Below, piece after piece: positions 20,139 to 30,584 of a stretch of DNA of 32,923 nucleotides (the stretch's first letter is position 1; the number at the start of each line of letters is the position of its first letter). Below the pieces are notes generated by a model. It saw only the letters and a program-made list of their open reading frames with translations, did no database searches and had not been told where the DNA came from. The translations under genes were made by a program, and so were the position numbers. Source of the stretch: Perkinsus chesapeaki ATCC PRA-425 (Eukaryota; Protista; Perkinsozoa); the NCBI GenBank assembly GCA_013115145.1, contig JAAPAO010000399.1, positions 1 through 32,923 of the forward strand, read 5' to 3'.

Positions 20139-22620
20139 GCTTCATGAGCAAGCGGAGAAGGTCAATCGCCGAATAGAGGCGGTTGTGGCGGTGGAGCCGC
20201 GGCTTAGTGGTAAGAAAGTCTGCTGGTATTCGGAAGGTCGTGGGTTCAATTCCTGCCACTTTCATTTTATAGAGAATATGAAGCGTCTGGAGCGTCGTTG
20301 TGAGGAGCTTGGGCAAGAACTGCTGGCTGATAAGCATGAAACTGTCGAGGCCAGGCGAGACCTAACCGAGCTCCAGGCTGAGATCGAAGCGGTAAGAGGG
20401 AGGGCTAACGAGATATATATACATTTATAAAATATATTATATATTTCTCCTTGCGTATAAGAAGAGTATAGAACAATAATATTATCTTTGTAGTATTTTA
20501 TGTGTTATTACCACCTATCTGTGGTTAGATGTTTTTCGTTGTTTTGAAATGGTTAGTGCTAACCGTTAGTGATGGGCGTTATGATGATGCAGAGACGAGG
20601 AGCGGTCCTGGATTTATATTTTGTTCTTGTCTTTTTGTTCGGATATCGAATTGGTGTCTATATCGTCACTGGCATTTATAGGTTCCCACGCCATGGACTT
20701 AGCTGCTTCTTTTCGGTATAGGGCCCCACGCCATGGAATTTGAGACTTCTTTTCGGTATAGGGTCCTATCCTCTTCATAAGGAATACTTGCAGCAAAGCC
20801 ATTACGGAAACATCTCAACTTGTGAGTTGATATTTAATTAATAATGGCCACACAGTTATCATTAAAATGCCTTTCGAATGCGGATGTGCATTCCGTGTGT
20901 GGGAAGGGTCTATGATGTTAATCTGTGCTGGCTACTGGTGGCAGCTGAATAGTTAGGTGTTTTAGGAAGTAGCCACTAAGAAGGCCTTGGAACGTGAAGT
21001 GAGCAGTAAGGAATCGTTGAGGAGAAGGCTGATAGAGAAAGGTGGGGGGGGGAGTATCAAATTCAACTTGCAATTGTAGCGTAACCTATTTTCGTATATA
21101 TTTTGACAGTAGTTATTTTTGGTTCGATATTATGCTGATGATCATACGGGATAATTATGTGATTTCACGTTGTTGTAGATGCAATGGATGCCATAGGGTA
21201 TCTGATGGTTGTTGAGGTATCCGCTGTTCAGATGTGGCAGGCAGACGAGGTGACTTGGAGAGGAGGAAGAGTCAAGTTAGACATGAAAGAGCTAATGTTC
21301 ATCAAATTGATAGGAGAGCACAAGGCTTGGCAAAGTACCCTAGCTGGGGATCGAACCTGCGTTGGTAGACTGGGAGGAAAATGCCGGCAGTTTTTCATGA
21401 GTGAAGATTGATAAGTGTAGAGGGACGTTGGCGGCTGTGGAAATGCTGTGGGCGCCTGCGATTGTAGTCGATGGTGACGAATTTTGGGAAGTTCTGGCAA
21501 CGTGTAGACTCGGTAGAAGTGCCATTTCGAAATTGCTAAGATGGATTATTTGTGAAGTCAAATGGAATTTTCAGAACTGATGTGAATCTCTCAAGTCTAT
21601 CCACCACTTCAATGCGATCATGCCTGGAGAAAGCGAGGAAGGAATTCCCTTTCCTCCAGGTAAGGTTGTTGGTTCGATCCCCGGCGGGGGTATTTTAGTG
21701 TTTAGTCGCAGCTCGTTGAGCTAGATCTTGCATGGAAGCGGTTGCCAGAGGAGAGAGCGAAGATACTCGCTCAATCTCAGGAAATGTAATAGGTCAATGC
21801 GGCGGCGGTGGAATCTGTAGGGTCGTCGACGAGTCTTCCGAAAATATGCCTTCCAAGTGTGGAGAACTATTGTAGTAGATAGGCTCCTAGGGGGGCAAGA
21901 AGGGACGTTTGGGAATTTGTGATGCCTCTCTATCACATTCTGGTGGTAGCGCATGACTGGGGGCAATTTCGTGGTCGCCAGAGTGCGGAGAGACATGGTC
22001 TCTTTTTACCAATTTTTGGAGTTTCAGGTCTGCTGGAATAGATACCCCAGAATGCTCCTCCTCACCGATAAATGTAGCAGGAAGGACGGAGGGGATTGAA
22101 AATGCACTCAGAGGGGCTTGGTGAGATTAAGGGGACAGGGACACAATCCTGCCTGGATGGGGTTGACGAGGGCTTCCGCTCAATTTCGCAGTTTCGCCGA
22201 CTACTTGATGATGACTGTGAACCTATGGAATATCTTTGACAGTTGCCGACGCGGGGGGCTGAGGTTTGCTATGATTTCTCGGCATCAGCAATGCTCTCTT
22301 AACCGAGGCTAGCATGTCTCTCTTCGAGGATGCGTCGAATGAATACTGTATGCATGGATAATAATAATATTCTTTATTATTGTTGTTTTGTGGATGATCC
22401 ATCAGTTTGCCTCTCAATCTCCCCTTGAGGTTTCTTACTGGACTTCTTGACAGGTGCCGAATTAGTACTAAGCGCGAAGAGCTGGAGGAGTTGGTGGAGC
22501 TCGCGGGGGACAGCGATGATGATGATGAGGATGCTGATAGCTCGGAACTCAATGCACAGGATGTAGAAAGGCAAAAGATGCCACCTTGTGCATGCGTGCA
22601 AATTAGGGGTCCCATGTTAT
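20139..22620 (+). CDS. Probable multi-exon coiled-coil/acidic protein, partial model (exons 20139-20209, 20273-20391, 20966-21041, 21179-?, 21575-21659, 21706-~21786, 22454-~22590)
   Basis: AG/GT-bounded segments translate to LHEQAEKVNRRIEAVV, ENMKRLERRCEELGQELL..LTELQAEIEA, EVATKKALEREVSSKESLRRRLIEK, SMRSCLEKARKEFPFLQ, SQLVELDLAWKRLPEERAKIL, REELEELVELAGDSDDDDED. Phases match for the first four; it is uncertain that all belong to one gene. Confidence 0.45.
20192..20272 (+). other. Near-complete degenerate tRNA-like cloverleaf; its 3' part forms a 63-nt intron (20210-20272)
   Basis: GGCTTAGTG|GTAAGA A-box, anticodon-like loop CTGGTAT, variable loop AGGTC, paired T-arm GTGGG-TTCAATT-CCTGC, then CACTTTCATTTTATAG acceptor. 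Confidence 0.6.
20677..20766 (+). repeat. 40-bp tandem repeat, ~2.2 copies
   Basis: TATAGGKYCCCACGCCATGGA...CTTCTTTTCGG starting at 20677 and 20717, partial copy at 20757. Confidence 0.9.
21332..21360 (-). mobile_element. tRNA T-arm/3'-end family copy, minus strand
   Basis: GCAGGTTCGATCCCCAGCTAGGGTACTTT; 22/26 identical to the plus-strand copy at 21671-21696. Confidence 0.55.
21660..21705 (+). other. 46-nt intron made of a tRNA variable loop, T-arm and 3' end
   Basis: CAG|GTAAGGTTGTTGGTTCGATCCCCGGCGGGGGTATTTTAGTGTTTAG|; in-frame TAG if retained; flanking exons join in phase 0 (EFPFLQ|SQLVEL). Confidence 0.55.
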
Positions 22621-23705
22621 AGTGGGAGACGTCTTTGCAGTACTGCGTCCACCCGCGAGGGAGATGGTGGAGTCGCTGTGATGCGGGAAATGTGTTTTGT
22701 AATGAAGCTCGACGGAAGAATTTGACGAAAACGTTGAAGTTAATTTCCACATAATAAATTGCTGAGCAAGGTGACGTGTATAAAACTTATGTACATTATG
22801 GCGAGCATGGTAGAGAATATAATTAGATTATTTCTCATTTGCAGGGACAGTTTTTGTGTTACTCAATTAAGGGACGGAGTTGGGCAAGCTCATCCGGCCA
22901 TTGGGGAATTAGGTTTCGGAGGGTATTAAGGAGTTCCTGAGAGCTGATTATAGATATAATTCACACCGAGCGTTGGTCCGCTTTTCATGATAAGCGCATT
23001 TATCGTTGGAGATGTAATCATTATTTTATGTAGTCAAGTAGCGCCTCTGCCTAGCCGAAGGTCTAGGATGAAGACGAACGACGTAGTCGAGCATCTTATT
23101 ATCATCATTTGGGTTCGTAGGAGTGAAAAATATCGTAAGTTGTTTTCAGTGGGGCTTTTGCATAATGACAACGAGTGCTGCGGGAGTCTCGCAAGTGGCA
23201 AGGTCGAGCAGCGGCGGGAAGCTGCCGAGAATCTCACCATCGGGGAGCGCTATCAACTCTCCGGTAGTCCAGTCCCCTAGAAAGTCGGATGAGGTGATAA
23301 AATGTGGGGGAATAGTAAATATGTGGAGGAAAATGTGGCAGTTGGTGTCTGGGGAAGGAACGAGACATTTCCGTCCCTGTTTCCTATTACAGCCCTCCCC
23401 AGTGAAATAGAATATTCCGTATTATTACGATTTCTCGTTGATTAATAAACGTAAGAGTCTAAAACTTTGTATCGTGGTACTAGAACACATAGTGAGTTGG
23501 CACGTCTGAATCGATCAACCGTTTCATGCCTAGGGGCAAAGATACCGGCGCGCGAGATTATCCGCGCGCGCAGAACTGCCTCACTGAAATAGAATACTTT
23601 ATACTAGTCGACGGTACTCGCCATACTGGAAAACTCAATACTTCGTAATCTGATACTAGGCACTATGAGAGACACACTTTAACATGCTACACGGAAATCT
23701 GAAAC

Positions 23706-24560
23706 TTAATAGTCAACTACCTTCCCTTTCCTCTCGAGAACCGCACACAGTTATTTGCGCATGGACTCTGTGCACTTACCCACAAATCCATCTTCCATTT
23801 CCTCCCAAGCCTTGAAGATAGCAACACGCAGCAGGTCTGCCGATACATACGGTGGGTTTCCAGGCCGATAAACCATCATAGCTTGCTTGCCCCATACATT
23901 TTCGATGGGGTTCAGGTCGGGACTTAATGAGGGCCAGGTGCAAGTAGGCACATCGTGGTCCTCCAACCATTTCTTGGTGCTTGCCGAGGCATGGCAAGGG
24001 GCGTTATCTTGTTGGAATATCATGCCAGGCTCCAAAACGGGAAGGAGGTGGTCAGCTAGGAGCTCCTGATACTTGGCAGAGTTGAGCCGAGTATCGACCA
24101 CTGCCAAGGAGAGCTTCTTGCTGCCACAGATGGCACCCCAGATCATTACTGAACCACCACCAAAGCTTCGTTTCGAACTCACGACAGCTGCAGACTTCGG
24201 AAGCTTCCAGTAATGATACACGCCATCTGGACCATCCAGATTGAACTTTTTTCGTCGGTGAAGACGAAGGTCTTGAAGTCTGTTCCGTCAATGAGATACT
24301 TATTCGCCCACGCTACTCTAGCAGCCTTATGAGTGGCCTTCAAGACCGGCGCCCCTCTAATGGAAGCCCACTCTGCTGCCTCTGACTCAAGAAACCGTCT
24401 TACCGTCTCCCTACCGACAACCAAACCTAGTTCCCTGACCACTCCCGCACAGCTAAGTCCCGGGTCCTGCACCAAAGAACGCACAACACGCCTTTTGTGA
24501 GCTGCAGAAAGCCTCGGCTTGGCCCTGTGGGAAGGTGGGAACTTCCCATCTTCCCAACTG
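23706..24560 (-). mobile_element. Tc1/mariner (Tc3-like, DD34E) transposase pseudogene, 5'-truncated
   Basis: VFTDEK(K)FNLDGPDG..FGGGSVMIWGAI..FQQDNAPCH..WPSLSPDLNPIENVW with 34 residues between D and E. One A is missing in the A-run at 24247-24252 (frameshift); premature TAA at 23751-23753 precedes LCAVLERKGKVVDY* (true stop 23706-23708). First HTH and TIR pair not found. Confidence 0.93.
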
Positions 24561-24653
24561 CTGGAATCAACCTTGATGATTGATATGTTGAATTCATTTT
24601 TCTTCGCTGTCTGTTTCCGCTCATCTTTGCACGGTGAAGTGAGTCTGTGGTAG

Positions 24654-27600
24654 AGGAGGAGCGGTTGAGCTTCGAATGGATGTTCAGGCGGCCCCCGATG
24701 AGGTGTCACCGTTGAGTAAGGTTAACCAGGAGGGATGCTCGGGCGGTAATAAGAAAGTGCCCAACTCGGGGGCTGGCAATAAGGACCAGGTAAAGGGGGG
24801 CATTTGGGGGAAATATGGTATGAAATGTATTGGAAATTGGAGACAAAACTTTGTGTTGAAATATGCAATTGAATTTTATATTTGAGGTAGCTTTCTCTTG
24901 TGGATTCCGGTGGTCAGAAAACAAGTCCTATCCTTACCGGGAGAAAAAAAATGGATAAAGTTCGGATTAGGCACCAGATGGGCCCTTGGGAAGTTGTCGC
25001 TGACTCTCCTCAGAGCAGCGCGGCTAGAGTTGCCCAGGCGAGGGCGGCAGCGGCGCGAACGAGCCGATCGAAAGTTAGGCAACAGCGAGGCGTCAGTGTG
25101 GGGCAAGGAGCACAAAATGGTAATAGGGTTTGGGGAGTATAGATGATTTATTGGATTCAGAATTGGCGGGAACAGTTGGACGAACGCGAACGCTGAGTCC
25201 GCAGGAGGAGGCGAACGAGGGAGGAAAGGGGACGCGGAGATGGTCCGACATGACGAGCGATGAGGACTCTGAGCCGGCTACGTCGAAACTGCGCAAGTTC
25301 GATCCGCCGCGGCGGTCTTTCTCGAGCATTGTTTCTGGAGGGCTGGTGAAGAAGGGCAGTGAGGGAGCGGTCAGTAAGGCTGCTGCTGTTGTGAAGGGGG
25401 GAAGTCCTGTGGGAAGGGCAATGAATGGAGGGAGTAAAACAAAGGGCAGGCAAGGTAATAAAGGAGGGGGTGTTGTAGAAGTATTGAGCATTGCTATATG
25501 ACAAATGGTTTGAGGAGGATTATCGAAGGCCATTTGGTGTAAAAGTACGATCGATCTCCGAGACCGACGGACAGTTATAGGACTTGGCGACTGCGAATGG
25601 TTGAATGGATTATATTGCACTTGGTTGAAAGTTTGTGAATTTCTAGCGAGGGGCATGTTCCTCGCTTCTTTGAAGATGAATAACTGGCCCGATGAGCAGG
25701 TCACTAAGTCTGAGTAAGCTTGAACTCTTTCTTACTCGGAAGGATTAAGAGCCGTCGGGGCTGGGCGTAAAGAGATAGACCCGCGGTATTGATTTCATTC
25801 ACTTTCTCAGCTAAATCGTGCCGAACCTCAAAGTCTGGCGAAGTTCCGAGTGCGCCGGTGTCGCCACGGGAATCATTGAATGCATCCTTACCTACAATTG
25901 GGATGGTGAAGGCTTGTCCGTGCGAACAGCAAGCTAAAATCAGCAGAGGTGATAGAGGGGTAGGGTTATAAAGATAGTCAGGTAGTTAGGTGGGAAAGGG
26001 AGCGAGCCGAGCCCGACGGCATCGCCAGCGGCTCGCCCGAGCTCGGTTGGCGGGGGAGCAGCGGCGGGGTGTGGCAGCAGTCCTAAGGGAAATAGAGGAA
26101 AGTAATGCTGCGGGTGGGGGAGAGGATACGTGGTTTGGTGAGGGATGAAAAAAATTTCGGAGACTCCTGTGGGCTTCTGTGTCTGGAACATTTTTGAATT
26201 TGAGGCGATGATGTACGTTGGATATTTTTTAATTGGGTTATTGGGAACAGTTGAGTGAGGCGCCGCTGGAATGGAATGAGTTTCTGTTGCGGCGGCAGAG
26301 ACATGACGGATGGGCTGCAAGTTGCAAGCCTTTACGCCCCGAACAAAAGCTGGAGTTCATTTTTCGCGGACAAATCTCATTATTACTCCGTGGTGATACA
26401 AAGATGGCACTCAGAATCTCGCTTCAGCAATCTCGAGTAACGCAGTTTGATGATGCTGGAAGTCTCCCTTTGATAAGCGTTGTTCAGGGCTAGTGGTGTG
26501 GCTGCTACTGCTGCTGCCCAAGGTGGTTCGGCGTTACCTAGCAAGAAGACGACTGCGGTGGCAAAAGGCTCCTCTGCCACAACCACGACGACGTCCACGA
26601 GCGTTGGGGTCAGGAAAGGTGGGGAGGGGAGGACAAGTCCGAGAGGAAGGATGCGGGGGGAGAAGCTGGTCCGGAATGAGATGGAAACAGTTCCTGAGGA
26701 GGGCGAAGTGGATTACGGTGCGGAGAGCATGGAGACGGCACATTGGGCTACGGTAATAATTTTGTGGCGCGTGAAACATCTCTGCGATGGCATTTTCCAA
26801 GGTCCATAATGTCTGCGCATTTCCCTGGTATTACTGTTGCTTAGATGCCTCCAGCTGGCCAGTTCCACCCGCTGCCTGGCTTTTATCCGCCCGGAGCAGT
26901 CCCCCCGATGATGATGTTTCCGGCGCCGGCAGGGTATCCAGCTCCTCCTGGGCCCTATACAGGGATACATATGATGCCTCCTCCACAGGGAGGATTTGGG
27001 CCACTGATGGGTAAGTGGTGGGGTAGGAAGGCGAAGGAGTTGGGGGAAATTTGGTAGAATTCGTCGGGGTACTGTTGATATGATTCATATTTGATCGGGG
27101 AGTATCATATAGAGTGTAGTGCTTTAATATCATTGCTGTCTTCAACGATATAGTAGCAATTGGTATGGAGTAAAGATAAAGGCGCTCTCGAGAGCCAGGA
27201 GCGAGTGGGGCTATTGATTATCATAATAAGAAGTATGCATGTCGAGCAGGCAGTTTTGGGAAGATACTCGTTACTGAAGTTTCACAGAAAACCTTTATTG
27301 TTAAAGCGTCTTGATTTCGCTTCAGTAGTTGAGTGGGGTTCCGCGAATAGGGGAAAAGCTGAGGGCTGTTTGTCAGAATTTGATGGACATTTTTTATCGC
27401 TATTCATATGGTGCCATTTTGAGCGCATCCGTGGATCAGGTAGCTTGCCACCGTTTGAGCACGTGAACAACGGCCCTGAAGCATCGGAGGAGAAATGTGG
27501 GGGGAAGACGACGAAGAAGAAGGGAAGTGGCAGCAAGGGAGGAGGAGGGTCGCAGGCTAAGCAGACGAAGTCGCCGAGGGTTAACCAGGCTGGATGCGCC

Positions 27601-28326
27601 GCTGCCAACCCTACAGGGGGGCAGCAGTATCAACTACCTATGTGAGTTGAAGAGGGGCCACATATAGTCCCTATGATGCGTCCGAATTAGTAACATATAT
27701 TATATCACCTCCGCCTTACTACTGCTCTCTTAATGATTGGGTGGGACTTTCCTACTTTGAGGGCGCACTGACTCTCGAATGAGTGATGATGGTTAATAAT
27801 AGTAATATTGTTCATTATTATGGTTCTCCATTGTATTCCTAGCACGCATGCGCATCCTCTTATCGATGTACTCAGGTACGGTCATATCCGTCATCACCCC
27901 ACCGCCACAATCGTTTACACCACCTCTCCCATACCTCAAGACACAACTAGTATAATACTGGTAGGTCTCAGGTTCGATTCCCAGCAACGGTATTTTATCC
28001 CGAAATTCATATGATCTATTCTGAGACTGCACTTGGTTTCATTGCTTTGCCTATCTCGCGAAAGTCTATACCGGGTTTTGGGTTTTGAAAACCCGAAACC
28101 CTTCTAGAAGTTCATGGAGAACCAACGTGTGCATTCCCTTGTCGTAGGTGCCCATGTCCAACCCCCATCAACAGGGGGCTGGTCGGCCTGCTGGTATCCC
28201 CATTATGCCACTGGCATACCCGCCACCGATGCCGGCTCAATTCGACACATCTTACTTTGATGGAGGTGACTACTCACCTCCGAGCCCGCCAATCACTCAT
28301 CCTCCTAGCGGCCCTCAGAGTCTGAG
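24654..28326 (+). CDS. Multi-exon Gly/Ser/Pro-rich disordered protein, partial model (exons 24654-24789, ~24900-25119, 25161-25454, 26488-26752, 26845-27010, 27440-27641, ?-27960, 28148-28326)
   Basis: Strong donors (GTAAAG, GTAATA x3, GTAAGT, GTGAGT, GTAGGT, GTGAGG). Phase-consistent joins such as GAQN|ELAGT (41-nt intron), HWAT|MPPAG, GPLM|GSLPP. Peptides RWSDMTSDEDSEP and PPAGQFHPLPGFYPPG. Ends and some internal exons are unresolved. Confidence 0.55.
27961..27998 (+). other. tRNA T-arm family copy directly behind a GT donor
   Basis: CTG|GTAGGTCTCAGGTTCGATTCCCAGCAACGGTATTTTAT; 22/27 identical to 21671-21697 with identical spacing. Confidence 0.55.
28073..28101. repeat. T4G3-based hairpin (14-bp arms, 1 mismatch, 1-nt centre)
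   Basis: GGGTTTTGGGTTTT-G-AAAACCCGAAACCC followed by TTCTAGAA. Confidence 0.85.
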
Positions 28327-30584
28327 GTGAGGGCGAGTTTTGTGGCGCGCGGGAGGTTTGGTTGTAGGTCTGTTCGTACGCATTCTGTTGCATCAGAAGC
28401 CAGCTTTGATGGCACCCGACCGGTCACAGTGTGCGTTGACAGGAACGCTTTTAAGTCCTGGTTCGACACCGACGTAAGCTTCACCTGTTTGGGCGGTTTT
28501 TTGGTATTCGGTTGTTTTGGAAAAATTTTATGAATTTCATCGCTTCAACGACACTTATACGCTTGCTAATATTTTAGACAGTCTGAAAATTTCTTTCTTC
28601 AACATGACGAGACGAATGTAGTGAGGTTCTCAGTGCTTTTACGCGTAGCGTAAGTATATCGTTTCGTTCCTTAGCGAGAAAGATAATACTATGAGCAAGT
28701 GGATCTCGAGGATCCTTTGCCATGAAGATTTGGCGAGAATCCAATAATAGAGATCTTAGATAGATCTTAGATAAAGATAGATTTCTTCAATAATAGAGAT
28801 AATTCCCCCATTGCAGGTTCCAGAGTTCCAGCAGCTCCGCGTTAAGAGATATCGAACGATAGACTCCTTCGTGCACTGGATGATGAAGTACTGCAAGAGG
28901 AAGTAGGAAAACTATTACCAAACGTTTGGTGATGATGACGCTTCCGTGTCGGTTCGGAACCGAGATGCGTCTTTATTCCGGAGGCCAAATAGGAAATATA
29001 CGGCGTTGTGAATCTTTTTATTCTTGGCATTATTTAGATTCGTATCAATTAAGGCCGTTTGTTAGTTTCATGAGTAGCCTTCCTCTCTGCCGAACAACCA
29101 GTAGAGCTCCACCGCTCCGCTCGAATTTAATCATTTGGAGTCTATTTCGAAGAATTCAACTTCGTTATAATGTGAATTACATCTGAGTTGGCTATCCGTA
29201 TCGTAATTTAGTGTCAACTCAGTTGGCCATCGGTGTGGTCTTCAGGAGTATCTATCACGGTCTGTATATCCTCGTGAGAGTCACCGACGCTGAGAAGTTG
29301 CTGGAAGTTCTGACGAGGCTGATACCCACTTGGCACAGTGTTGTCATGGGCATATATGTGTAAGAGGGGGGGCATTGAGCTCTACGCACTAGAAGATACG
29401 CAACCGCTTTGTTACTATTAGATTTATGTAATTATTAGGGCAAAACTGTGAGCATTATTCTTCCCAACTGCTGCTGCTTCATCACTCTCTGGGCAAGCTC
29501 ATTACCTTCGTACTTCTTTCTTTCTTTTTCTTCTTCTTTAGCAGCCTGTCCCCTTCGATCGGGGTGTTGATTATAGTCAGTATCGCGGGGGCAGCGGGTC
29601 GAGGTTGTTGTTATAACCTCCTGAGCTTTGGCTAGTTCCGAGTATCCATTTTTTCATGAGTGACAGGCGACAAGGCGTATCTCATTGATTTACTACTTGT
29701 TATAATCTTGACGTAGCAAATGAACCATAAATACAATATAGCGGTATTATAATGTCGTAATGTGGTGGATTGATCCAATTCAGGCAGCGTACCTTATCTG
29801 TTAATGAGGTGACATTTATTTGTCATCGCGGAAATATGAAGTATTCCCAACTTGATGATCTGTCGTCCTTCCGCTTATATACCTTTTCTGTTTTTTCGGG
29901 AATTATTTTGCTTTGCCTGATTCCTGAGAACGAAGATATCATTATATAATACTTTATAATATGGCTTAGTTTACGGTGTAGCCATTGCAGCTTTCCCGAG
30001 CTCATCGCTGAAGCTGGGATTCAAGTCCTTTGTTGGAATGAGCATGTCAGATACGAGCAGTCGCGAGGAAAGGTGGGGAAGCCTCTACAGAGGAGAGTTG
30101 CTCAGCATTTACCCATCCGACATGATCCAAGGGTCACAATAGTCGACACACTCGCAGTAGGATAATCAGACCGACAATTTCTGAGTTGAGTTCAGGAAAC
30201 GTGCCGACTTGCTATTGCGTCCGGAGCAGGTGTAGATGCAGCATTGAACATCTCACCATCGCCGTTGAAGGCGAAAGAAGATGAGATGAAGAAAGAGATT
30301 ATAAGTTGATTACGGTTTACCTCTTGGTTGCTTCCATTATTGGAATCGCCGGTCTAGAAGCCGCCGCCTGAGTCACATGAAGTTTGTCTGAATACTTGAA
30401 TTAAACAAGCCTGCAGGCCGGAATGGGTGTTGGGTTTTTGGGGGGAGATACAGGGAGGAATTAGTCGGTTTTATTCGGCTGGGAGTCGTAGTGGAACAAC
30501 AGGTGTGTCGGTGTTAACCTTCTCGGGAGCGGTCTCTGAACTTGAACTAGTCATATTAACAGACAATGCACTTGTTGACACTTG

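Noticed and set aside
20192-20262. Functional tRNA-Thr gene
   Set aside because: The acceptor stem has mismatches, the anticodon arm is 1 nt short and the D-stem is broken; kept only as tRNA-derived sequence.
23688-23712. TA-CACGGAAATC as the Tc1 terminal inverted repeat
   Set aside because: No inverted partner was found upstream of the transposase, so it is unsupported.
25093-25704. 203-aa minus-strand ORF
   Set aside because: Antisense to phase-consistent plus-strand exons; no motifs.
28949-28963. Palindrome TCGGTTC-G-GAACCGA
   Set aside because: 7-bp arms are expected about twice by chance per window.
24549-29473. 15-bp exact repeat TCTTCCCAACTGCTG at 24549 and 29459
   Set aside because: About one 15-mer repeat is expected by chance in a window this size.
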